Source: Sphingobacteriales bacterium
Lineage (GTDB): Bacteria > Bacteroidota > Bacteroidia > Sphingobacteriales > Sphingobacteriaceae
Direction of reading: 5' to 3'
NCBI GenBank assembly: GCA_004293485.1
Contig: RDYW01000033.1
Coordinates: 28,649-92,648 of the forward strand
DNA length: 64,000 bases
The notes under the pieces were generated by a model. The model was given only the letters and a program-made list of their open reading frames with translations, was not told the DNA's origin and ran no database searches. Made by a program: the position numbers and the translations under genes. How positions within the stretch are numbered: the stretch's first letter is position 1; every line of letters starts with the position of its first letter. Positions 28,394-37,525 of the stretch are shown here, piece by piece.

Positions 28394-31081
28394 TTAGTTT
28401 ACCCTACTTAGGCGCATATAATCTAACAATGCTTGATTAACGTTTATGTTCATATTCTCGTTTTTTGGCCTAAAAATAACTTCGATAGTGTGCTGTCCTT
28501 TGTAAAAATAATACTTGGTGGCATTGCTAAAGCCCCAATTGCTCCATAGTTTATCGCCCCTTTGTGGAAAAACTATACTTCCAGCAGTTTTTTCATCTAT
28601 TAGTAAAGTTCTTATTGCCGCCTTATTATTTTGCCCCAGTTCGCCATTGCCATTTGCGTATTTAAAATCGATGACAAAAAAGCCTGCTGTATCAATATTT
28701 ATAGGTAGGGTTACTGTGGTGTTTTTGGTTTTGCTTATTTCTACAAAACCCTTACCTGTATAACCTTTTACATTTTTTAGGGTTGCGGTGGTATCATCGC
28801 CTAGCTCAAATATCAAAACTTTTTTATACGGCACCACAATAGGTTCGGAGGCAAAGGACTCATGCTTTTTGGCATCAATAGCTATAACTTGATATTCGGA
28901 ATAGGTAGAATCGTTTTTTACGCTTAACGATAATTTATTGGTAATACTGAGGGTTTTACCATTTCGTAGTAACTTATACTGTGCTGCTGTTTTGGTTTTG
29001 CTCCATTTTAATATTCCTTTGGCGTAAGTAAGGAGTGGGATTTGTGGGGCAATATCGTTGCTTACTTTATTTATTTTATCATTAGGGAAATCGGTATTTG
29101 TTAATACAATATTTACGGTATGCTTACCCTCTAAATTTGCGGGTATTTCGTTATCAGGCACTAAGTTGTTATCTAAAAGTATAAAACGCACTTTGCCGTA
29201 GCCTACCATGGTTATATCTAATACGGCGTTTCGGTACTTAAAGTTGGTAAGCGTACGTGTATCGGCGAAAGCCTTAGGCACAAAAGGGTGAAACAGTAAA
29301 CTATTGGTTTTAAACTCTATACCAAAAAAAACCTTGTGTACTAAACTTATATTTCCGGATAAGCTCCACAACATATTGCTAGAATTTATGGCGGTACCCG
29401 AAAAATCGCCATTATCGGCAACAAAGTTTTCTTTATTGGTTAAAAACATTGCCGCAGGGCGATATATAGCGCTTATACTTTCCAATACGGATTTCTCGTT
29501 ACCCGCCTTTGCCGATGCCAATGCCCAATAAGATTGTACAAAAGGCCATACAGCGTTGTTATGATAAGGGTACATATCGGGTATTTGCGGGTAAATACAA
29601 GGAATGCCAAAAGTGGTAACTGGTGTATTGGCTACTACGGTTTTGGCTCGTTCGGTATCTAAAATATCAAAATAAATACATAATGCTTCTCCTAATGCTT
29701 CGGATTTAGGAGAAAGAGATAAGTAATTTTTCCCGTACATATACTGCCCGTGATATCCTTTATCTTCGAGCCAAAATTGCTGGTTAACAGCAGAATGTAG
29801 CCTTGTAAAAAAATTGCTGTATTTAGTTGAATCCCGTCTGTATAAATATTTCATCGAATCTTTTTCTAAATACAACCGAGTTGCCATTTGTATAAATACT
29901 TTTTGGGCGTTGTGATGAACGGCATTGGTGCCTAAGTTTAGCGATGAATAAATATCAACAGGTTGTACCCAGTTAGGATAGGTTTGATTGCGCCAGTCTA
30001 AAAACGATGATTCCCCCCTGTATAAGCCTGTTTTTGCATCATATATATTTGATAAATCATCTTCAAGCGAATTTTTTATAATAGGATACACTTTTTTTAG
30101 CCAGTTAATATCGCCCGTAACTTTATACACTTCCCAAGCAGCGGTTGCCCATATCATACGGTCGGTTGATACTGGGTAACTGCCTCCTGTACCTGTATCT
30201 TGTATAATGCGGCCGTTGGCGTTTACTTTTCGTAGCAAGCTATTCATGGCTACTTTGGGTTGCAAATAAGCCATAGAAAGTATAATGCTGTAGCTGATAT
30301 CGCGTGTCCATACACCGGGCCAGTCTATCCCTGTTCTAAAAGTGCTGTCTTTTTCGATAGCGTTTTCCATTTCCTCTAGCGATAGGTTGTAAATGGCATT
30401 GGAAATGGGGAAGGCCGATTTATACTGCGGGAAAGCCGAAATATTTTTGCTTAGTTTCCAGCTAGGCAGTGCGCTGGGGTTAAGGTTTACGGTGGTTTCG
30501 TAAATACCGTCTTTATCATCGTCTTTTAACTCTAACTCGGGTATTTTATATAAGGCGGCAAAATTCCAAGTCATGGGTGTAGTTTCGCCACCTACGTAAA
30601 CGTTTTTAAAATCTTTTTTAAACAAAGTATCGCCCGTATAAGCAACGTAATACCCTTTGGTTTTAAAATCGTTAAAAACGGGGCTCATATCTAACCTAAT
30701 TTTTAGGCGGGTATCGGGTTTTAGTAGCGATTTATCGGACGATTTTTCTTTTAGCTCTTGGCCAAATGTGATAATTGGGGTTTCATCGCCATCATTTTTA
30801 ACAAAATAATGATGGTCGGTGCCAGATTTCATTTCGATAATATTACCGTTTATGGTAAACTTAAATTTTACGTTGGCCGAAAAATTTACCTTAGATGGGC
30901 TTTTGTAAGATGATGTAATTTGGTTGTCGGAAACTGCTTTTGCTACAAACTTGCCTTGTACAACGCTATCGGGATAAATGCTGTAAGCATCGCTTTTGTA
31001 AATTGCTTTATCGCTATTTTGCGCAAAGCATAAGGTACTAAAAAGCACAGAAAAAAGGAGAAAAGAAAACTTGGTCATCAT
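28394..31081 (-). CDS. Secreted (alpha/alpha)6-barrel glycoside hydrolase (glycogen-debranching/MGH1-like) with C-terminal CBM-like domain
   Basis: Signal peptide; GVWTRDISYS, QDTGTGGSYPVSTDRMIW, GESSFLDWR, PYHNNAVWPFVQ, LWSLSG; C-terminal YANGNG...AAIRTL...WSNWG. Confidence 0.75.
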   Translation of the reverse strand: MMTKFSFLLFSVLFSTLCFAQNSDKAIYKSDAYSIYPDSVVQGKFVAKAVSDNQITSSYKSPSKVNFSANVKFKFTINGNIIEMKSGTDHHYFVKNDGDETPIITFGQELKEKSSDKSLLKPDTRLKIRLDMSPVFNDFKTKGYYVAYTGDTLFKKDFKNVYVGGETTPMTWNFAALYKIPELELKDDDKDGIYETTVNLNPSALPSWKLSKNISAFPQYKSAFPISNAIYNLSLEEMENAIEKDSTFRTGIDWPGVWTRDISYSIILSMAYLQPKVAMNSLLRKVNANGRIIQDTGTGGSYPVSTDRMIWATAAWEVYKVTGDINWLKKVYPIIKNSLEDDLSNIYDAKTGLYRGESSFLDWRNQTYPNWVQPVDIYSSLNLGTNAVHHNAQKVFIQMATRLYLEKDSMKYLYRRDSTKYSNFFTRLHSAVNQQFWLEDKGYHGQYMYGKNYLSLSPKSEALGEALCIYFDILDTERAKTVVANTPVTTFGIPCIYPQIPDMYPYHNNAVWPFVQSYWALASAKAGNEKSVLESISAIYRPAAMFLTNKENFVADNGDFSGTAINSSNMLWSLSGNISLVHKVFFGIEFKTNSLLFHPFVPKAFADTRTLTNFKYRNAVLDITMVGYGKVRFILLDNNLVPDNEIPANLEGKHTVNIVLTNTDFPNDKINKVSNDIAPQIPLLTYAKGILKWSKTKTAAQYKLLRNGKTLSITNKLSLSVKNDSTYSEYQVIAIDAKKHESFASEPIVVPYKKVLIFELGDDTTATLKNVKGYTGKGFVEISKTKNTTVTLPINIDTAGFFVIDFKYANGNGELGQNNKAAIRTLLIDEKTAGSIVFPQRGDKLWSNWGFSNATKYYFYKGQHTIEVIFRPKNENMNINVNQALLDYMRLSRVN

Positions 31082-31201
31082 AATTATAATTGTGTTTTTG
31101 GCGGATACAATGGTAATATTTTTTTTGATTGTGGTATATAAATTAAAAAAATAAGTTACAATTATTTACAATTAATATTTACTTAAGTGTATAAAACTTA
31201 A

Positions 31202-31295
31202 GGTTTGGCTTATTACTCGAAATTGTGGCGTAAAATAACTGCTTTGGTTATGGTGCGCCACAATATGCTTCCGCAATTTTGAAATAAGCCAAACC
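31202..31295. repeat. 94-bp nested imperfect palindrome
   Basis: GGTTTGGCTTATT/AATAAGCCAAACC (13 bp perfect), ATTGTGGCG/CGCCACAAT (9 bp perfect), ATAAC/GTTAT. Confidence 0.8.
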
Positions 31296-31319
31296 GTTTT
31301 TTATCAAAATTTTGCCCCT

Positions 31320-32723
31320 TTACACATGCAAGGCTCTGTTATCGGTGGCAGCTAAACAAGCTTCTTTAAATGCTTCGGTATACGTTGGGTGGGCGTGTGA
31401 TATACGGCAAATATCTTCGGCCGATGCTCTAAATTCCATAGCTACAACGGCTTCGGCAATTACATCGGCAACGCGTGGACCTATCATGTGTACGCCCAAA
31501 ATTTCATCGGTTTTGGCATCGGCCAATACTTTTATAAGGCCATCGGTATCCATACTTGCCCTTGCCCTACCGCTGGCTTTAAACGGAAACGAGCCTGTTT
31601 TATAAGCTGTTCCGTTTGCTTTTAGCTGCTCTTCGGTATAGCCTACGGCGGCCACTTCGGGCCAAGTATAAACTACGCCAGGTATTAAGTTATAATTTAT
31701 ATGAGGTTTTTGGCCTGCTATAATTTCGGCAACAAAAGTGCCTTCTTCTTCGGCTTTGTGCGCCAGCATAGCCCCTGTTATTACATCGCCTATGGCATAA
31801 ATACCTTTAACTTTGGTTTCTAAATGGGCATTAACGGTAATTTTTTTACCTCGTTCTTCCACAGTAATGCCTATTTTATCTAAACCTAAACCATCGGTAT
31901 AGGCAGTACGCCCTACGGCAACCAAACAATAATCGCCTTTTAAAACTATTTTTTCGCCATTGGGCGAGTCGGCAGTTACAGTAACTTCATTACCTTTTAC
32001 CGTTGCGCCAGTAACTTTATGGCTTAATAAAAAGTTTAGGCCTAGTTTGCTAAGGCTTTTTTGTAATTCTTTTCCTAGGGTTTTATCCATAGTGGGGATA
32101 ATGGCATCCATAAACTCTACTACGGTAACTTTTGCGCCCAAGCGGGCATATACCGAGCCTAGCTCTAAACCAATTACGCCACCTCCAATTAAAATTAAAT
32201 GTTTGGGTATTTCTTTAAGATTTAGGGCTTCGGTAGATGTAATGATACGTTGGCCATCGGTTTTTAAAAATGGCAGTTGGGTAGGTTTGCTACCGGTGGC
32301 TATAATTACATTTTTAGAGGTTATTTGTTGATGGCTATCATCGGCTTTTTTTATGTTTATGGTATTTTTATCTATGAATGAAGCTGTACCGTAAAAAGTA
32401 TCGATTTTATTTTTTTTCATTAAATACGTTATACCAGCGGTGGTTTGCGCTACTACTTCGTTTTTGCGGTGTATCATTTGTGGTAGGTTTACCTTTAAGT
32501 TTTTTAACTCAATACCGTGTGCTTCAAAAGTATGTGCGGCATTGTGGTAATGTTCGCTCGAGTCTAATAATGCCTTTGATGGGATACAACCCACATTTAA
32601 ACAAGTGCCACCAAGGGTGGTATATTTTTCGATAAGGGCAGTTTTCATCCCTAATTGGGCACATCTGATAGCTGCTACATAGCCTCCTGGGCCAGCTCCG
32701 ATAACGATAACGTCGTATTGCAT
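31320..32723 (-). CDS. lpdA: Dihydrolipoyl dehydrogenase
   Basis: GAGPGGY, GGTCLNVGCIPSK, GGGVIGLE, AIGDV, MLAHKAEEEG, HAHPTYTE. Confidence 0.97.
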   Translation of the reverse strand: MQYDVIVIGAGPGGYVAAIRCAQLGMKTALIEKYTTLGGTCLNVGCIPSKALLDSSEHYHNAAHTFEAHGIELKNLKVNLPQMIHRKNEVVAQTTAGITYLMKKNKIDTFYGTASFIDKNTINIKKADDSHQQITSKNVIIATGSKPTQLPFLKTDGQRIITSTEALNLKEIPKHLILIGGGVIGLELGSVYARLGAKVTVVEFMDAIIPTMDKTLGKELQKSLSKLGLNFLLSHKVTGATVKGNEVTVTADSPNGEKIVLKGDYCLVAVGRTAYTDGLGLDKIGITVEERGKKITVNAHLETKVKGIYAIGDVITGAMLAHKAEEEGTFVAEIIAGQKPHINYNLIPGVVYTWPEVAAVGYTEEQLKANGTAYKTGSFPFKASGRARASMDTDGLIKVLADAKTDEILGVHMIGPRVADVIAEAVVAMEFRASAEDICRISHAHPTYTEAFKEACLAATDNRALHV

Positions 32724-32770
32724 TTTTGTATTTTATTAATTTAAAGTAATTTATTTGTTAATGGTTGTTT

Positions 32771-32886
32771 GTGTTAGGGATTGCAGCGTCATCCTTTTTT
32801 TCCTTAGCCCTAAATGGGAATATAAGGTTTCTTCTGATTTGGGGCTAATGAAAAAAAGATACAGCGAAAAGCCCGCCCGAACACCC
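32771..32886. repeat. REP/MITE-like palindromic element, copy A
   Basis: GTGTTAGGGATTGCAGCGTCATCCTTTTTTT-[TTAGCCCTAAAT..ATTTGGGGCTAA]-AAAAAAAGATACAGCGAAAAGCCCGCCCGAACACCC; arms match the element at 51031-51177 in inverted orientation. Confidence 0.8.
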
Positions 32887-32897
32887 TAATAAAAATT

Positions 32898-33812
32898 TTA
32901 CAAGCTAAAGCTACTAAGTTTTACAAACTGTTGCACTCTTTCGGTAATTTCGGCTTGGCTTAGGTTTTTGATGCGTTCGGTGCCAAATTTTTCGACACAT
33001 AACGAAGCCAATGCCGAACCAAAAATAATGGCGTTTTTCATGTTATTAAAATTTATGGTGCCTACTTGTGCCAAGTAGCCTATAAAGCCACCTGCAAAGC
33101 AATCGCCTGCACCTGTAGGGTCGAATACATCGGCCAAAGGCAAAGCTGGGGCGGCAAAAATTTTATCTTCGAAAAACAGCAATGCACCGTGTTCTCCTTT
33201 TTTAATAATAAGGTACTTAGGCCCCATAGTAAGTATTTTGTTGGCTGCTTTTACTAGCGAATATTCGCCTGATAGCTGGCGGGCTTCGGCATCGTTAATG
33301 GCCAATACATCTACTAATTTTATGGTTTCTAATAAATCGGCTAAGGCTATATCCATCCAAAAATTCATGGTGTCCATTACAATTAGTTTTGGCCGTTTTT
33401 GTAAACGATTAATCACTGTTTTTTGTATTTGTGGGGTTAGGTTGCCTAGCATTAAGTAATCGCAATTTTGGTACGATGGTGGTATAACAGGGTCGAAATT
33501 AGCCAAAACATTTAATTCGGTAATTAGCGTATCGCGGCTGTTCATATCGTTGTGGTATTTTCCGCTCCAAAAAAACGATTTTTCGCCTTCTTTTATTTGT
33601 AAGCCTTCAACATTAATGCCACGGTTTTTAAATATTTGTATATCGGCTGTTGGAAAATCATCGCCTACTACGGCAACAATTTTGGTTTTTGTATAAAAAT
33701 ACGATGCCGCTAAGCTAGCATAAGTAGCGGCACCACCTACAATTTTATCGGTTTTACCAAATGGAGTTTCAATAGCATCGAAGGCAACGGTGCCTATAAC
33801 AAGTAAGCTCAT
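32898..33812 (-). CDS. PfkB family carbohydrate/nucleoside kinase
   Basis: GTVAFDAIETP, GGAATY, IKKGEHGA, DPTGAGDCFAGGF. Confidence 0.92.
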   Translation of the reverse strand: MSLLVIGTVAFDAIETPFGKTDKIVGGAATYASLAASYFYTKTKIVAVVGDDFPTADIQIFKNRGINVEGLQIKEGEKSFFWSGKYHNDMNSRDTLITELNVLANFDPVIPPSYQNCDYLMLGNLTPQIQKTVINRLQKRPKLIVMDTMNFWMDIALADLLETIKLVDVLAINDAEARQLSGEYSLVKAANKILTMGPKYLIIKKGEHGALLFFEDKIFAAPALPLADVFDPTGAGDCFAGGFIGYLAQVGTINFNNMKNAIIFGSALASLCVEKFGTERIKNLSQAEITERVQQFVKLSSFSL

Positions 33813-33899
33813 AATTTTTTTTAAATTTTTTTATTGCAAATATTGCATAATAAATTTAAAATTCCGACTATTGCAAACCCAAATACAATAATTGTTTTA

Positions 33900-33907
33900 T
33901 AATTTTG
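33900..33907 (+). promoter_or_regulatory. -7 promoter element for tRNA-Asn
   Basis: TAATTTTG matches TAnnTTTG, 30 nt upstream of the tRNA. Confidence 0.55.
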
Positions 33908-33937
33908 TTTTTGTAGGATACTAAAATAACCAGAAAT

Positions 33938-34011
33938 TCCTAAGTAGCTCAGCTGGTTAGAGCATCTGACTGTTAATCAGAGGGTCCCTGGTTCGAGCCC
34001 AGGCTTGGGAG
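33938..34011 (+). tRNA. tRNA-Asn (GTT)
   Basis: Acceptor TCCTAAG/CTTGGGA, anticodon arm TCTGA-CTGTTAA-TCAGA, T-loop GTTCGAG. Confidence 0.96.
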
Positions 34012-34019
34012 CAAATGTT

Positions 34020-34054
34020 AAAGCCCCTTAACGCTAGTGTTAAGGGGCTTTTTT
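34020..34054 (+). terminator. Intrinsic terminator after tRNA-Asn (between convergent tRNAs)
   Basis: AAGCCCCTTAAC-gctagt-GTTAAGGGGCTT followed by a T tract. Confidence 0.85.
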
Positions 34055-34152
34055 GTTTTTTATGGTTAGCTAATGCGTGTGTAAATATTTATAACTTTCA
34101 AAAAAAAATAAGTTATAGAGATTTTTTGGAGGGTTAGTGTTTTAAATATTTG

Positions 34153-34236
34153 TACTCGAGAGGAGATTCGAACTCCCACACCCTTACAGGTGCCAGCCCC
34201 TCAAGCTGGTGCGTCTACCAATTTCGCCACCCGAGT
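34153..34236 (-). tRNA. tRNA-Leu (GAG)
   Basis: Minus strand ACTCGGGTGGCGAAATTGGTAGACGCACCAGCTTGAGGGGCTGG...GTTCGAATCTCCTCTCGAGTA; long variable arm. Confidence 0.96.
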
Positions 34237-34283
34237 ATAAGCCACAAATATATATTTAAAGCCTAATTAATTAGCACAAAAAA

Positions 34284-35066
34284 CTATTTTTTATACAGCT
34301 CATTTAGCAATCCTGCCAAGCGGATACCACCCTGCAATATTCGTTTTTTTATAATTGGAGCGTGGCTAGGAAAGTAATCATAATCTAAATTGTTATTTGT
34401 TTCTACCTCGGCATAAAGTTGTTCGCTTATTTTATACGATTCGTAAATCCATTTTTCGATCGAATCTTTTTGCCATTTTTCTATATCCTCAGGGCTGGCA
34501 TCATCAAAATCGGTAGCCATTTCGGTATAGCTAAGGCCATAATATTCTACCATGCCAGTATCCCACACACTATGTAAATTATTTTTTTTATTTAAAAACC
34601 GTACTTCAATATCGTTACCACCCTTATCAATTGCCCTACTTACATGCATAGGTTGGTGCAAATCGCCTACCAAATGAATCAAAAATTTTAATGCAAATGT
34701 TTTAGCTTGCTTAGTTTGGTTGGGGTTTTTTAAAATTTTTATTTGATTTAAAACAGCATTATATACATTAGGGCCTTTATTGGTTACCAAAAAAGCAACA
34801 AAATCTTTATAATTTAAACCCTCTGGCATGTTTATATAATGCCACTTATTGGTATAATTAAACTGTTTGTACGGCCTTAATTCATCCGCAAAGGTACAAG
34901 CCAAAGGCAAATGGGCACCAAATATCTTTGTTACTTCGATTTTGGCTGTTGCTGATAAATGATTTTGCGCAATTTTGCCTATACAGCGGTGGCCTATAGT
35001 TCCCCAAGAAATAAAGGTTAGCGATAAAAAAGGTAATGCAATAAGATAAAGCACTTTTAATTTCAT
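34284..35066 (-). CDS. S1/P1 nuclease, secreted
   Basis: Signal peptide then WGTIGH, ADE, WHYIN, FLIHLVGDLHQPMH, DKGGND, NLHSVWD, GGIRLA; ATG 35066 preferred. Confidence 0.92.
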   Translation of the reverse strand: MKLKVLYLIALPFLSLTFISWGTIGHRCIGKIAQNHLSATAKIEVTKIFGAHLPLACTFADELRPYKQFNYTNKWHYINMPEGLNYKDFVAFLVTNKGPNVYNAVLNQIKILKNPNQTKQAKTFALKFLIHLVGDLHQPMHVSRAIDKGGNDIEVRFLNKKNNLHSVWDTGMVEYYGLSYTEMATDFDDASPEDIEKWQKDSIEKWIYESYKISEQLYAEVETNNNLDYDYFPSHAPIIKKRILQGGIRLAGLLNELYKK

Positions 35067-35268
35067 AGGGTTAATTTTTTTACATAAATAAAATGTAAAC
35101 ATAAGTTAATGAAATATTAGTTTTTTAAATTAATATAAATATTTGTTAAGTATTTATGGGCTTACTATTTAGTTAAATACGTAATCAGTATATATAGCTT
35201 CATAACTAGTTAGTTTTCAAATTATAAAACTAAACTAAAATCAAATAAAAAAATACATATAAAAATAC

Positions 35269-35276
35269 TACTTTTG
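35269..35276 (+). promoter_or_regulatory. -7 promoter element for guaB
   Basis: TACTTTTG, 32 nt upstream of the guaB ATG. Confidence 0.55.
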
Positions 35277-35308
35277 TTCCGCAAGTAAAACACCCTAATT
35301 TATTTGCT

Positions 35309-36778
35309 ATGCAATCAGAAACTTCTAAATTTTTATCCGACGGGCTTACCTACGACGATGTACTTTTAATACCCGCATATTCGGAGGTTTTACCTCGTGA
35401 TGTAGATACATCAAGCTATCTTACCAAAAAAATAAAACTAAATGTACCCATTGTTTCGGCAGCTATGGATACCGTTACCGATTATAAATTAGCCATTGCC
35501 ATAGCGCAAACGGGTGGTATAGGTTTTATACACAAAAATATGAGTATCGAAGCCCAAGCTAACGAAGTTCGAAGGGTAAAACGATCGGAAAGTGGCATGA
35601 TACAAGACCCCGTAACGCTACAAAAAGATGCCAAAGTGGGCGATGCCTTTCAAATTATGAAAGAATTTCGCATCGGAGGTATCCCCATTATATCACACGA
35701 TAAAGTACTGGTAGGGATGATTACCAACCGCGATTTACGTTTTCAAAAAGATATGAACCAACCTATTAGTGAGGTAATGACCAAAGAAAACCTAATTACG
35801 GCACCCGTGGGTACTACATTTGCACAAGCCGAAGCATTATTGCAAAGTTATAAGATTGAGAAGCTTCCTGTTGTAAACGAACAAGGTAAATTAAGTGGAT
35901 TGATTACGTTTAAAGATATACAAAAAGTTAAAAAATTTCCACAGGCTTGTAAAGACGAACACGGTCGCTTGCGTGTGGGTGCAGCTGTGGGTGTTACCGC
36001 TGATACGCTGCAACGTGTAGAGGCATTAGTAAAAGCCGAAGTAGATGTTATAGCCATTGATACCGCCCATGGGCACTCAAAAGGTGTGATTGATAAGCTT
36101 AAAGAAGTTAAAGCTGCCCATCCAAATTTGCAAATTATAGCAGGCAATGTAGCTACGGCAGCAGGTGCAAAAGCCCTAGCCGATGCGGGTGCCGATGGTA
36201 TAAAAGTAGGCATAGGCCCAGGTTCTATATGCACCACCCGCATTATTGCAGGTGTGGGTGTACCCCAATTGTATGCCGTTTACCAAGCTGCGCTAGGTGT
36301 AGCAAGCCTGGGCGTACCTATAATAGCCGATGGAGGCATAAAATATACGGGCGATATTGCTAAAGCTATTGCCGCAGGGGCAAGCTCGATAATGGCAGGC
36401 TCTTTATTTGCTGGGGTAGAGGAATCGCCAGGCGAAACCATTATTTACGAAGGCCGTAAATTTAAATCGTACCGTGGTATGGGTTCGGTAGAGGCTATGG
36501 AGCAAGGCTCGAAAGACCGCTACTTTCAAGATGTAGAAGATGATATTAAAAAACTTGTGCCCGAGGGTATTGTAGGCCGTGTACCTTATAAAGGTAGCTT
36601 GGCCGAGGTTATGCACCAATTTGTAGGTGGCCTTAAAGCCAGCATGGGCTACTGCGGCGCTAAAAATATTGCCACTTTACAGCAAGCACAATTTGTAAAA
36701 ATTACGGCTTCAGGTATTCGCGAATCGCACCCGCATGATATAACCATAACCAAAGAAGCACCTAATTATTCGAGGTAA
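35309..36778 (+). CDS. guaB: IMP dehydrogenase
   Basis: [20 protein letters not shown] pair, [36 protein letters not shown]. Confidence 0.98.
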   Translation: MQSETSKFLSDGLTYDDVLLIPAYSEVLPRDVDTSSYLTKKIKLNVPIVSAAMDTVTDYKLAIAIAQTGGIGFIHKNMSIEAQANEVRRVKRSESGMIQDPVTLQKDAKVGDAFQIMKEFRIGGIPIISHDKVLVGMITNRDLRFQKDMNQPISEVMTKENLITAPVGTTFAQAEALLQSYKIEKLPVVNEQGKLSGLITFKDIQKVKKFPQACKDEHGRLRVGAAVGVTADTLQRVEALVKAEVDVIAIDTAHGHSKGVIDKLKEVKAAHPNLQIIAGNVATAAGAKALADAGADGIKVGIGPGSICTTRIIAGVGVPQLYAVYQAALGVASLGVPIIADGGIKYTGDIAKAIAAGASSIMAGSLFAGVEESPGETIIYEGRKFKSYRGMGSVEAMEQGSKDRYFQDVEDDIKKLVPEGIVGRVPYKGSLAEVMHQFVGGLKASMGYCGAKNIATLQQAQFVKITASGIRESHPHDITITKEAPNYSR

Positions 36779-36813
36779 ATAGAAGTAATTTTTTGTACAA
36801 AAAAATAATATCA

Positions 36814-37047
36814 ATGACTATACAAACATTCGCCGCCCTAAAAGATTATTTTTCGGCTAACTTTGAAGTGCTAGAAAACTTAAACCATATAACAGATTTA
36901 AAAACATTTTTAGTACAACAAAACCCTAATGCAGAAGCTGTATTAAACCTATCAAGGTTTGCCGTAAACGATACTTTTGTAGATTTAGATTTTGAAATAA
37001 AACCCAATGACAGCATTAGCATTATACCCCCAAGCAGCGGAGGTTAA
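36814..37047 (+). CDS. moaD: Molybdopterin synthase sulfur carrier (MoaD/ThiS)
   Basis: 77 aa from ATG 36814; FAALKDYF, RFAVND, C-terminal IIPPSSGG. Confidence 0.9.
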   Translation: MTIQTFAALKDYFSANFEVLENLNHITDLKTFLVQQNPNAEAVLNLSRFAVNDTFVDLDFEIKPNDSISIIPPSSGG

Positions 37048-37525
37048 TATTGAGCCATTAAATGCACTACCTTTAAATTTGGTAGCTTTATTAAGCCTTG
37101 CCCACCACCCCAAGGCGGGTGCTGTGGTATTGTTTAGTGGCGAAGTAAGGGACAATAGCCTAGGCAAAGCTGTTGATTATTTAGAATATGAAGCCTACCC
37201 AGCTATGGCCATAAAAATGATACACGCCATTGTTGCCGAAGCCATAACCCGCTGGCAATTAACCTACGCCATAGCGCAGCACCGCACTGGTATAGTAAAA
37301 AGTGGCGAAAGTGCCGTAGTAGTAATTACAACATCGCCACACCGTACCGAAGCTTACGCGGCTAACCGTTATATTATAGACCGTATAAAACATGAAGTAC
37401 CCATTTGGAAATGCGAATATTTTACCGATGGCACTAAAGAATGGGGTGGCAATTGTAACTGCCAAAAACTTACTGGCGATGTTAACAAGCATATTTACGA
37501 GTTTGACCAACAAAATAAGTTATAA
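37007..37525 (+). CDS. moaE: Molybdopterin synthase catalytic subunit MoaE (start uncertain: ATG 37007 or ATT 37049)
   Basis: GAVVLFSGEVR, LEYEAY, HRTG, SPHRTEAYAA, IKHEVPIWKCE. Confidence 0.92.
   Translation: MTALALYPQAAEVNIEPLNALPLNLVALLSLAHHPKAGAVVLFSGEVRDNSLGKAVDYLEYEAYPAMAIKMIHAIVAEAITRWQLTYAIAQHRTGIVKSGESAVVVITTSPHRTEAYAANRYIIDRIKHEVPIWKCEYFTDGTKEWGGNCNCQKLTGDVNKHIYEFDQQNKL

Noticed and set aside
29820-29873. Apparent short duplication YLEKDSMKY / LYRRDSTKY in the glycoside hydrolase
   Set aside because: Similarity is weak at DNA level and may be chance; needs an orthologue alignment.
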